Source: a virus. Taken from it: a DNA stretch of 38,741 nucleotides. Positions 7,930-15,422 of the stretch are shown here, piece by piece. The translations under genes were made by a program, and so were the position numbers. Location of the stretch: positions 1-38,741 of the IMG/VR virus record IMGVR_UViG_3300036660_000027; one strand, given 5' to 3'. The stretch's first letter is position 1; each line of letters starts with the position of its first letter. The notes below the pieces were generated by a model, which was given only the letters and a program-made list of their open reading frames with translations, was not told where the DNA came from and made no database searches.

Positions 7930-8108
7930 TTGCGTCCTCCGTAGACGGCTTGGGTGCAGGCGATGCGATCGGCGATCAGTTCATCTTCGAAGCGGATGCA
8001 GATGTTGTATGCCAGCCGCAGATCGGCACCGTCCACTGCATCAGGGGCGTCAGGAACGCACCCAGATAAAGCAAAGATCGCCATTGCGATAAAGGTGTTG
8101 CGCTCCAT
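7926..8108 (-). CDS. Small lipoprotein
   Basis: ATG 8108 overlaps the upstream TGA by 1 nt. 60 aa. Signal peptide and lipobox: MERNTFIAMAIFALSGC. Confidence 0.6.
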   Translation of the reverse strand: MERNTFIAMAIFALSGCVPDAPDAVDGADLRLAYNICIRFEDELIADRIACTQAVYGGRK

Positions 8109-8464
8109 CACACGCCTGCCTCCCGCGCGAACGGTGCGAGGGCTTCGGACAATTCGCGCACAGTTTTTGCTGGAAAACTCCAAGGTCTGCCTTTGGGGTA
8201 GCAGGCATCCATTGATGCTTGCGCTTTACTCACCAGCGCCGCAATCTCCGGGAGCTTCACCGCCTCGGCAAGCAACTCGGCGGAAGTGGCTTCGAGGGTC
8301 AGGGCGAGGATGGCTTCGGATGCTTTTGTCACCATGTGCCCGTTATATCGCTCTATCTCATAACCATTTGGCGAAAGGTACATGGCACGCCTTACCCATG
8401 CCGTTGCTTCGTCCGCCGCTCTTGTCCGCATTGCAGCGGCTTGTAGGTTGGGGTTGGGGGTCAT
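8108..8464 (-). CDS. Hypothetical protein
   Basis: Track ORF of 118 aa in the coupled chain. Confidence 0.65.
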   Translation of the reverse strand: MTPNPNLQAAAMRTRAADEATAWVRRAMYLSPNGYEIERYNGHMVTKASEAILALTLEATSAELLAEAVKLPEIAALVSKAQASMDACYPKGRPWSFPAKTVRELSEALAPFAREAGV

Positions 8465-8574
8465 TTGCGGGTCTGCCTATTGACAAGAACAATGATAATT
8501 ATGGCGGGCGTGACAAAGGCTGCAACCGCCAGCCCGTAAACGAATGCGTTGAAAACAAAGGTAACGTATTCCAT
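8461..8574 (-). CDS. 37-aa single-TM mini-protein (below the ORF-track cutoff)
   Basis: My hand translation gives MEYVTFVFNAFVYGLAVAAFVTPAIIIIVLVNRQTRK. Its ATG overlaps the upstream stop by 1 nt, and its TGA overlaps the downstream ATG (ATGA). It exactly fills the gap in the chain. Confidence 0.5.
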   Translation of the reverse strand: MEYVTFVFNAFVYGLAVAAFVTPAIIIIVLVNRQTRK

Positions 8575-9035
8575 CACTCCCCCTTCCCTGCGAGTGCGCG
8601 GTCTTTCCACAACCCACATTTCCAGCAACCTGTTTGCATTGCTGGATTCGAGGATTTGCAGTTATGGCAAGTCCATCGCGCCGCTTCTGCAACAGTTGAT
8701 GATAGGGCATCAACAGCCTTGTCGCTCGGAGCGGTGATCGTGATGGCCGACAAGATGCGGGTCTCGTAATCGGCTTGGGCTGCGGCTTGGGCATCAACTT
8801 TATTGGCAGCTACAGCGCCGTGCAAATAAACATCATCATCGTCAAGCGTCCACGCCCATACGCGCCCTGCGGCTCTAACGCGATATAAACCGACAACAGT
8901 GTCAGCGTTGTCCCAGTCATCCCACACCAGCGGCTTCACCACAGCGCGGGCCTCTGCTGCGTCTAGGGCGGCAGGCTTTGGCGCGCAGGTGCAATCAAAC
9001 CCAATCCGCCATTCGCAATCATTGTCATGTGTCAT
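8574..9035 (-). CDS. Hypothetical protein with a C-terminal RanBP2-type zinc finger
   Basis: WTCHNCKSSNPAMQTGCWKCG fits W-x-C-x2-C-x3-N-x6-C-x2-C exactly. The ATG at 9035 overlaps the upstream stop (ATGA), while the track start is 9041. Confidence 0.7.
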   Translation of the reverse strand: MTHDNDCEWRIGFDCTCAPKPAALDAAEARAVVKPLVWDDWDNADTVVGLYRVRAAGRVWAWTLDDDDVYLHGAVAANKVDAQAAAQADYETRILSAITITAPSDKAVDALSSTVAEAARWTCHNCKSSNPAMQTGCWKCGLWKDRALAGKGE

Positions 9036-9478
9036 TTGCATTGGTCTTGCCCTCCGATGATGATCGCGATCATATCGTTGCGCGTATTGTCATTTTCATG
9101 CGTCCACCCCTCGACAGCGTATACCCACAACTTCAACTGCGCCACGGTAACAATCCGCGTATCCGGCGATGCGGGGCGGGCGGCGAGGGCGTCAATATAC
9201 CTCTGCGTCAGTTCTTTGATTTTATCATCTCCGAACCAAGGCTTATAATAAGCCATAAGCACTTGCCGCAGCGTCGGCTCTGCTGTCGGTGCGCCAATGC
9301 TAGGAGCGATTTCAAACAGCCCCGCAACATAGTCGGCAGCGGGGGGCGTCAGGTCGGTGCGTCGGTATTCGGCCTGACCTGCGATCCCTGTCGATGATTT
9401 GCGCCACATGCCCATATCATCGCCCCAGCCACCGCCAATCGCTGGGATTGCCCAAATCTTTTCCGGCGCGCCGATCAT
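9032..9478 (-). CDS. Hypothetical protein
   Basis: Track ORF of 148 aa with ATGA overlap to the upstream HNH gene stop. Confidence 0.65.
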   Translation of the reverse strand: MIGAPEKIWAIPAIGGGWGDDMGMWRKSSTGIAGQAEYRRTDLTPPAADYVAGLFEIAPSIGAPTAEPTLRQVLMAYYKPWFGDDKIKELTQRYIDALAARPASPDTRIVTVAQLKLWVYAVEGWTHENDNTRNDMIAIIIGGQDQCK

Positions 9479-9987
9479 TTGCTCCTCCTAAATTCACCGT
9501 GAAGTTCAGCGGCAGCGGCTTCATATGCTGCACTCGCCAGTTGTGCCGACTGAAACAGTCCTAAATACTCAACTGAACCATTATGTTCAATTTGCGCTTT
9601 CCATTTTTTGCTACCAGATGCGAAGGACACTCCCTTAAAGCCGGACCTATTATTTGATCGCATGGATTGGTTCATCTGATTTTGCGCGTTATTGACAATC
9701 CTTAGATTGGATTTTTTGTTATTCAGGCCGTTTCCATCAATATGGTCGATCATTAATCCCGCACTGGTAGGCATTATCAACCGATGCATCATCTGTGTGC
9801 TTCTAGACCCTTGAAATCTGATGCCCCTCTGGGCGTAGCGACACCTTTCATTTCCTCCAGTTTGCCAATTATATGAAATCACAATATCAACATCCTCGGC
9901 ATCTATAATCGCGCCAAAGCCTTTGGTTAGAGTAACTTTAGCTATGTCACCAAATGCTGCTATTCTATCTGAAGATCTGTTGCTCAT
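9475..9987 (-). CDS. HNH homing endonuclease with AP2 DNA-binding domain
   Basis: HRLIM...IDHIDGNGLNNKKSNLRIV (HNH_3-type) is followed by SGFKGVSF...KWKAQIEHNG...YLGLF.S...AA.AY (AP2-like). ATG 9987 overlaps the upstream stop. The gene is visibly AT-richer than its flanks. Confidence 0.85.
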   Translation of the reverse strand: MSNRSSDRIAAFGDIAKVTLTKGFGAIIDAEDVDIVISYNWQTGGNERCRYAQRGIRFQGSRSTQMMHRLIMPTSAGLMIDHIDGNGLNNKKSNLRIVNNAQNQMNQSMRSNNRSGFKGVSFASGSKKWKAQIEHNGSVEYLGLFQSAQLASAAYEAAAAELHGEFRRSK

Positions 9988-10361
9988 GTCTTCGGCTCCT
10001 TGTCGGTTGTGAGGGCGGCGCGCAAAGCAAACATGCAAAACGGCGCACCAATGAAATGTTGCATAGCCCCCCCAATCCACCATTGTTCTACGTCACGGCA
10101 GATTGTTTCCATCGCAGCCGCCGCCTCGGTCAGTGCGGCAATGCGGGCCTGTGCCTGCACCTGCGCTTCGTGGGCCTCTTGCGCCTGACCCATGCTGGCA
10201 AGCGATTGCATGACGGCTTCACGGCACTCCGCATCACGCTCGGCAAGCTGGGTGGCGAGGGTGGTGATCATGTCGGCAACCTCATTGCGGTTCGGAATTG
10301 CATCCTGCCCCCGCAGTCGTGTCACCATCTGCGCCACCTCTGCTGTCAGGGGCGCGGTCAT
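9984..10361 (-). CDS. Hypothetical protein
   Basis: ATG 10361 overlaps the upstream stop (ATGA). 125 aa with a helical A/E/Q-rich centre. Confidence 0.6.
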   Translation of the reverse strand: MTAPLTAEVAQMVTRLRGQDAIPNRNEVADMITTLATQLAERDAECREAVMQSLASMGQAQEAHEAQVQAQARIAALTEAAAAMETICRDVEQWWIGGAMQHFIGAPFCMFALRAALTTDKEPKT

Positions 10362-10588
10362 GGCTGGCCTCGCGCGGCAATCATGGCGTCGGCCCATTTA
10401 TAGGCGGCCGTTGCGTCAAGATCGAAAGTTGCGCCACCGCCCTCGTGAGCGATGTGCCCCGCCAAAGCTTGCCCCGCAAACCAATCGCGCAGGGTCATGC
10501 CCCCGTTGCCCGTTTCGGCAGGCCCCATGTTGTATGCGCTCAAATCGGTCTGCGGAAATGCAGGCCCGCCGTTGTTCTGTTCGGTCAT
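10358..10588 (-). CDS. Hypothetical phage protein (GGPAFP ... GMTLRDWFA pattern)
   Basis: ATG 10588 overlaps the upstream stop. 76 aa. I recall the motif pair from many prophage proteins of unknown function. Confidence 0.6.
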   Translation of the reverse strand: MTEQNNGGPAFPQTDLSAYNMGPAETGNGGMTLRDWFAGQALAGHIAHEGGGATFDLDATAAYKWADAMIAARGQP

Positions 10589-10863
10589 GACGGTTCCCCC
10601 TGTGCGATCATCATAAAACCCGTACCGCTGGCGATCAGGCAGGCTTGCAACGGGCCGGGGGCGGGCGGGATTAAAACCATCGTCCAACTCCCCATCGATG
10701 AAACGTAAAACTCCACCAGTCCGCCGCGCGTTTCCTCGGCGCGCACCATTTGCCGCTCGGCATAGTCGGTGTCGAGGGTTGCGATCAGATCAGCGCGCGG
10801 AATGCAGACGGTTTCCGCAGCGATGGGGCTGGCGAATAGGCATAGGGCGAGTGTGCGTATCAT
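10585..10863 (-). CDS. Secreted (signal-peptide) protein
   Basis: 92 aa. The N-terminus MIRTLALCLFASPIAA|ET looks like a Sec signal peptide. Confidence 0.6.
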   Translation of the reverse strand: MIRTLALCLFASPIAAETVCIPRADLIATLDTDYAERQMVRAEETRGGLVEFYVSSMGSWTMVLIPPAPGPLQACLIASGTGFMMIAQGEPS

Positions 10864-11162
10864 TGATTTCCCTCAATTCGGTCGCGGGTTACATCGCTGT
10901 ATTCGTAGTCAAATCCATAGCGATCGGCCCATTCAGCCTTGGCGCGGTGGATCGCTAATTTCGTGTTGTCCTTGTCGCCCGTGTGATGGCCGTTGCAGAG
11001 CGGCACGGCCATGTTGTTGGGGGTCTTGCGGCCTGAGAAGCGCCCGTGGAAAACGTGGTGCGCTTCGGTTGGTGAAAGCTGCTGTTCGCCAAACGCATCG
11101 CAGATCACGCAAGGCAGATCGTGGATGGCTGCGAGATATGATTTGTTGGCGGCGTCCTTCAT
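10860..11162 (-). CDS. HNH-type nuclease, Ref/DUF968-like
   Basis: ATG 11162 overlaps the upstream stop. 100 aa. LPCVIC ... EAHHV ... PLCNGHH is a Cys/His nuclease pattern as in P1 Ref-type proteins (recalled). Confidence 0.6.
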   Translation of the reverse strand: MKDAANKSYLAAIHDLPCVICDAFGEQQLSPTEAHHVFHGRFSGRKTPNNMAVPLCNGHHTGDKDNTKLAIHRAKAEWADRYGFDYEYSDVTRDRIEGNQ

Positions 11163-11671
11163 GCTGCCCCCCGAAGCTGTTCCGGCGTCACACCGATCTT
11201 CGCCGCGATCCAATTCAGAACCGCCGACTTCGATTCCTGAAATCTTTTTCCCCCCATTGCGCGCTGTGACTGGCTTTCCGGCGTGTAGAGCGTCACCACA
11301 GGTCCGCGAATGACGGTGATGGCATATCCATGGCCTCGGGTGGCCTCTGCGTGCAGGGGCGGCGCTACCCGCGTTGCAGCGGCGTTGCTTCCGCAGTCAA
11401 TCGGGGCGCTGTGGCAATATCCGCAGGCAATTAGAGCGTGCTTGCGCAGGGTTTCCGGCGTGGTCGCCCAAGGCTGCGATTGATCAGCCTCGGGCAGATG
11501 CCGCCATGCGTCCGCGATTTCGGCAAACTGGTGCTTGTGGGTGGCTTGGCTGCGTGGGTGATCAATCTCGACAATCACCAGATCGCCGGGTTCCATGATT
11601 TCACGCGCCGCCGACAGGCCGTAGTGGCCTGCCGGCATTAATGCGCTGCCATCCCACTTGCACCGGATCAT
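11159..11671 (-). CDS. Hypothetical protein (possibly DUF1367-like)
   Basis: Track ORF of 170 aa. DHPRSQATHKHQFAEIADAW resembles the R-x-R-N-x3-H-x2-FFAL block I associate with DUF1367. This assignment is weak. Confidence 0.55.
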   Translation of the reverse strand: MIRCKWDGSALMPAGHYGLSAAREIMEPGDLVIVEIDHPRSQATHKHQFAEIADAWRHLPEADQSQPWATTPETLRKHALIACGYCHSAPIDCGSNAAATRVAPPLHAEATRGHGYAITVIRGPVVTLYTPESQSQRAMGGKRFQESKSAVLNWIAAKIGVTPEQLRGAA

Positions 11672-11672
11672 T

Positions 11673-11858
11673 TCAGTTCGCCCCCATGATCAGAAACTTG
11701 TTGCGCCAAATGGCATCGGTGATTTTCGCGGCATCATCGCCACCCGCAGCCAGTTCCCCGGCTGCGATGATTGCGGCGTCGGTTGCGCCCGCGCCCCGTG
11801 CATCGCGCATGGCGGTAAGGGCTTTGGCGGCGCGCTGGTTGGGGGTGAGGGGCTTCAT
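11673..11858 (-). CDS. Hypothetical small protein
   Basis: ATG 11858 overlaps the upstream stop (ATGA). 61 aa. Confidence 0.55.
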   Translation of the reverse strand: MKPLTPNQRAAKALTAMRDARGAGATDAAIIAAGELAAGGDDAAKITDAIWRNKFLIMGAN

Positions 11859-12157
11859 GCTGCCTTCACCCGATAGCCAAGCCACTTCTCGGATTCCGCC
11901 GTCATGCCGTGTTTTTCCAGCATAGGGCGCATGCGGCGAACAGCCTGCGAGATTGACACGCCAGTGCCATCCGGCCCGCCGTTCGGATCATTGGCCCAGA
12001 CCTGCCGCGCAATGTCGGCAGTGCGGACAAATGATCCGAAGTCAGCGGCAAGGGTGCGTAGAATTGCGGACTGGATCGGCGGCAGATTGCGCGCCACTAT
12101 TTCAGCCGGGGTTTGGGCGGCGGTTGTTTGGCCGCAGCATGGGCAATTCGTGATCAT
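11855..12157 (-). CDS. Winged-helix (OmpR/PhoB effector-like) DNA-binding protein with N-terminal CPCC
   Basis: 100 aa. ...ARQVWANDP...VSISQAVRRMRPMLEKHG...LGYRV follows the trans_reg_C pattern (VW ... I.RLR.KL ... GY.L). Confidence 0.6.
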   Translation of the reverse strand: MITNCPCCGQTTAAQTPAEIVARNLPPIQSAILRTLAADFGSFVRTADIARQVWANDPNGGPDGTGVSISQAVRRMRPMLEKHGMTAESEKWLGYRVKAA

Positions 12158-12777
12158 GCGGCTTCCTGCATATAGCGGGCGCGCAAGGCCAAAACCTTAG
12201 CGTCCAACTCTCCGAGAAATTTCACCGTCTCGGCTTCGATGTTCTGGATTGCCGCATCGTCACGCTGCACGCGCTTAACCCACATTTGCAGATCGGCCGG
12301 CAGGCGCGGGTCAAAGCTGACAAAATCGCACCACGCGCGCCCGGTGCAGGCCATTTGAACCTGCATCTGCGTCACGTATTTCCCCGGCACCACTTCGCCC
12401 AAAAGCGTCTCGATATGGGTGGCGGTGTTGGGGCATTTGATTTCGATCAGCCCGTCATCCCCGATCAGCCCATCCGGGGAAGCGCCGAACATGGCGATTG
12501 AGGGGTGATCCACCAACCCAACCTCTTGCACCCGGGCGTCGGTGATGAACTCGTAGGCAGATCGCGCGTGCGGCTCTACATCGGTTCCCCATTGCATCGC
12601 TGCGCTGCTGAACCGCTCCGCCTGCTGCCCGGTCAGGCGCTCACAGATCAATTCGGCCAAGTAGTTGGCGCGGCTGGCGCTGTAGCCTGTCTTGGTAGTA
12701 GCCATGAGGTCAGCAACGCGTGACGCCGTGACCTTGCCCAGCCGGGCTGCAAACCATTCTTCTGAGCGCTGTTCCAT
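12154..12777 (-). CDS. YqaJ-type (lambda Exo-like) recombination exonuclease
   Basis: 207 aa. The N-terminal SEEWFAARLGKVTASRVADLM signature and PD-(D/E)XK-type core (IEIK) are present. It is adjacent to the annealase. Confidence 0.88.
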   Translation of the reverse strand: MEQRSEEWFAARLGKVTASRVADLMATTKTGYSASRANYLAELICERLTGQQAERFSSAAMQWGTDVEPHARSAYEFITDARVQEVGLVDHPSIAMFGASPDGLIGDDGLIEIKCPNTATHIETLLGEVVPGKYVTQMQVQMACTGRAWCDFVSFDPRLPADLQMWVKRVQRDDAAIQNIEAETVKFLGELDAKVLALRARYMQEAA

Positions 12778-13520
12778 TACACCACCGCCTTTGCTTTGAT
12801 TTTCTTGCGCAGGGCCGACACGGCGTCGGCGAACATGCGCTGCGGCAAAACTTCCAGCGATGTGACCTTGAGGTATTCGCAGAACTTCGCCTCATCGGCC
12901 CCGGATTCATCCATCAGGTTGCGAAGCTGAAAAAACTCGTCGGCGCTGATTGTCAGTGACTTGCCGGCCGCGCGCCCATCGTCGTCGGTGTCGTCGCCCA
13001 GAGACAGGCCAAGGATGGCTTGGGCGGTGTATCGCTGCCCATATGTCTGTGATGATCCGACCGCCTGCACAGCGTTCTTGCTGCCCGATATATCCTTGGG
13101 CAATTCCATGCTTGTCGTCTTAGAATGGCCCAGAACGTGCATCAATTCGGCGGTGACAATCACGCGATCCGGGTGGCTTTCGACGCCGAAGGACAGGGCC
13201 AAGCCATGCCGCGAAAGGACGGGCCGGGTGAGGTTTATAATGTCCTTGAGAAGCGCATAGGACTTGTTCTTGTCGCCCTTGCCGTTCAACGGGATCGACG
13301 GAAAGTCAGCAGATGCAGCGGCAAACGCACTTGCGAAGGCCATCTTTGCGGCCTCTGCCTGCAAGCGGTCGCGCATATCCATCATGCGCTCCAGCTTCTC
13401 AATCGATGCGCCGGGGTCCATTGCAACGCGCTCGATCATGGCGATCATGGGCGACACATCGGACTGCGGCTGGATGCTTACAATTTCGTTCACTTTGATT
13501 TCCTCTTGCTTGCCCATCAC
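12777..13520 (-). CDS. ERF-family single-strand annealing protein
   Basis: 247 aa. AVQAVGSSQTYGQRYTAQAILGLSLGDD matches the ERF core motif (G..TY.RRY.L..L.GI..DD) as I recall it. It is paired with the YqaJ exonuclease. Confidence 0.8.
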   Translation of the reverse strand: MMGKQEEIKVNEIVSIQPQSDVSPMIAMIERVAMDPGASIEKLERMMDMRDRLQAEAAKMAFASAFAAASADFPSIPLNGKGDKNKSYALLKDIINLTRPVLSRHGLALSFGVESHPDRVIVTAELMHVLGHSKTTSMELPKDISGSKNAVQAVGSSQTYGQRYTAQAILGLSLGDDTDDDGRAAGKSLTISADEFFQLRNLMDESGADEAKFCEYLKVTSLEVLPQRMFADAVSALRKKIKAKAVV

Positions 13521-14638
13521 ATGCTCACTTTCGTGTGGGGGATTTTTCCAGCCATCAGCGCCTCTGCGATGGCATCTGGCGTTGCAGCCCCAGCCATTGC
13601 CGCAAGGGCTGCGGAAATATCGGACTTGATCCGGGCCCGGTGGGCCTGATCGGCTTCACGCTGTGCGCGCGCGTCTGCTTCAGCCTGCACCTCTGCCGCA
13701 ATTCTGTCGCGCTCGGCTTGCGCGGCCCGCTCCGTTGCCGCCAGCGCCTCGGCCAGTTCATCGGCGTGACGCTTGGCGGTTTCAGCCTCACGGTCAGCGG
13801 CATCTTTAGCGGCTTGATCTGCATCCGCCTTAGCTTTGGCCTCTGCGGCTTCCTGTGCCTGTTTCGCCGCCGCTAGTTTGTCAGCCTCGATCTGAGCCAG
13901 TCGCGCGGCGTCATGCACCGCAGCAACGCGGGCAGTCTCGGCGTCAATCTCTGCCTGCCGGACACGCACGGCCTCTGCTTCTGCGGCCTCGTTCGCCAAG
14001 CGGTCAGCTTCGTCCCTGACGGCTTTCTCAGCGCGCAAAGCCTCCAACTCCGCAGCCTGTGAAATGCGCAGATTTGCAGCGTCCAGATCGGCCTGCCATT
14101 TAGCCACACAATGGGCCAGCTTTTCATCAGCTTGGCTGGCGTACTCATCCCAAGCCCGCCCCGCATGAAAATCCTTGGCGCGGTCGATCATAGATTGAAT
14201 GAGGTCTGGCTCTGACATGGAGTCCACTCGGCCATCGTCAAACTTTTTAAGCCCGGTTTTGTGACCGTCGATGCGTACCTCTTCTTTATCTTCCCAATCA
14301 TCAGCGGGCTTTTTGACCTGATCGCGCAAGGTGGAAAGGAATGTGTCCGCCACATTTCGGCCCGCGTTCACCGATGCAACTTCTTTGCGCTGCGCCTCGG
14401 TCAATTCCTTGCCGCGCCGATCTATCTCGGCTTTTGACTGCGAAACCTTAAACGCAACCGACCGCATCAATTCTCGGTCCTTCTTGCTGGACGGGTTCAG
14501 GTCTTTGACCATGTCCAGCGCGTCAGCCCTGATCTTGTTCAGCAGCGGGTCGAGGCCATTCTCAGCCTTGAACATCGTCGCCAGCGTCGTCGGTTCTGGC
14601 AATGCCAGCGCCGTGGTTTGAGTTGAGCCGTCCATCAC
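13517..14638 (-). CDS. Coiled-coil protein of the recombination module (DUF1351-like?)
   Basis: 373 aa with a long A/E/R/Q-rich helical C-terminal half. The position upstream of the SSAP is typical. The family call is tentative. Confidence 0.6.
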   Translation of the reverse strand: MMDGSTQTTALALPEPTTLATMFKAENGLDPLLNKIRADALDMVKDLNPSSKKDRELMRSVAFKVSQSKAEIDRRGKELTEAQRKEVASVNAGRNVADTFLSTLRDQVKKPADDWEDKEEVRIDGHKTGLKKFDDGRVDSMSEPDLIQSMIDRAKDFHAGRAWDEYASQADEKLAHCVAKWQADLDAANLRISQAAELEALRAEKAVRDEADRLANEAAEAEAVRVRQAEIDAETARVAAVHDAARLAQIEADKLAAAKQAQEAAEAKAKADADQAAKDAADREAETAKRHADELAEALAATERAAQAERDRIAAEVQAEADARAQREADQAHRARIKSDISAALAAMAGAATPDAIAEALMAGKIPHTKVSM

Positions 14639-14934
14639 ATTGCTCCCATAAAATAATCAAACGCGGTGATGATCGCCACCACCACAGTTGTTGCCGCGAA
14701 CATCACCAGCCAAGCCGCGATGCCGTACATGTCGTCTGCGGCGTCAATCTCGCGCTGTGACAGGATCGGCGGCAGGCTGTCGGCTTTGAACGGCGCGGCC
14801 TCGGCCTCTGCTACCTCACGCTGCCGATCGGGGTCTTTCACCAGCGGCGCAAACACGCTGTTGCAGGCGGTGATTTTCTCGCGGCGGGCGTTGATCAGAT
14901 GCACAACGTCGCAGCAGTGCTGGGCGGCGGTCAT
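14635..14934 (-). CDS. Early protein with C-terminal TM anchor
   Basis: 99 aa. C-terminal hydrophobic helix IAAWLVMFAATTVVVAIITAF. It is the second gene of the leftward operon. Confidence 0.6.
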   Translation of the reverse strand: MTAAQHCCDVVHLINARREKITACNSVFAPLVKDPDRQREVAEAEAAPFKADSLPPILSQREIDAADDMYGIAAWLVMFAATTVVVAIITAFDYFMGAM

Positions 14935-15188
14935 TCTGCTGCCATCCGCATACCCAAGGACGATTCCGCGTCAATCAGCGCCACCGCTGCATCAACCGCC
15001 GCCGTGATCGACACGACGCCGAACAGGTACGGGCTTGGCATATCGAACCCACGGTCACGCAGCTGGGCAATGAAGTGATTGCGCTGCCCGAGGTGGTGGA
15101 TCTGCTCGGATGTGTTGCCGCGCGAAGCCCAGCCATCGGCGCAGTTCTGGTGGTAGCGGATGGAGGATGCGATCTCTGCGTTTGTCAT
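14931..15188 (-). CDS. First leftward early gene, hypothetical
   Basis: 85 aa with a GGAG SD 7 nt upstream of the ATG. It lies directly downstream of the P-L candidate. Confidence 0.65.
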   Translation of the reverse strand: MTNAEIASSIRYHQNCADGWASRGNTSEQIHHLGQRNHFIAQLRDRGFDMPSPYLFGVVSITAAVDAAVALIDAESSLGMRMAAE

Positions 15189-15223
15189 TGCGTGTCTCCC
15201 GTGGCGTGGTTGCCTATGGGGAG

Positions 15224-15252
15224 AATGTATCCGCTATTGAGGATACTGTAAA
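15224..15252 (-). promoter_or_regulatory. Leftward early promoter candidate (P-L): TTTACA-N17-TACATT
   Basis: Read on the minus strand, the -35 is at 15252..15247 and the -10 at 15229..15224. The whole spacer is occupied by operator 15227..15246. Confidence 0.55.
15227..15246. promoter_or_regulatory. Operator O-L1: GTATCCGCTATTGAGGATAC
   Basis: It has 6-bp inverted arms GTATCC/GGATAC around an 8-bp core and is one of four ATCC-N8-GGAT sites in the window. Confidence 0.6.
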
Positions 15253-15257
15253 GAGAT

Positions 15258-15277
15258 ATATCCGCTAAAGAGGATGA
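15258..15277. promoter_or_regulatory. Operator O-L2: ATATCCGCTAAAGAGGATGA
   Basis: Its central 16 nt are identical to site 17137..17152. Its centre lies 31 bp from O-L1. Confidence 0.6.
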
Positions 15278-15422
15278 ATATTTGCCACCACCCGAATCAC
15301 ATGGCATAACACCCCGGCACGATGGGCGCGGGTGGAGGGTGGCGCTATGGTGAAATTTCTGGAATTCTGCGGTAGGCGCGCCAGTCGGACGGGCGAAGAA
15401 ATGGCTTCACGACTCAGTTCGG

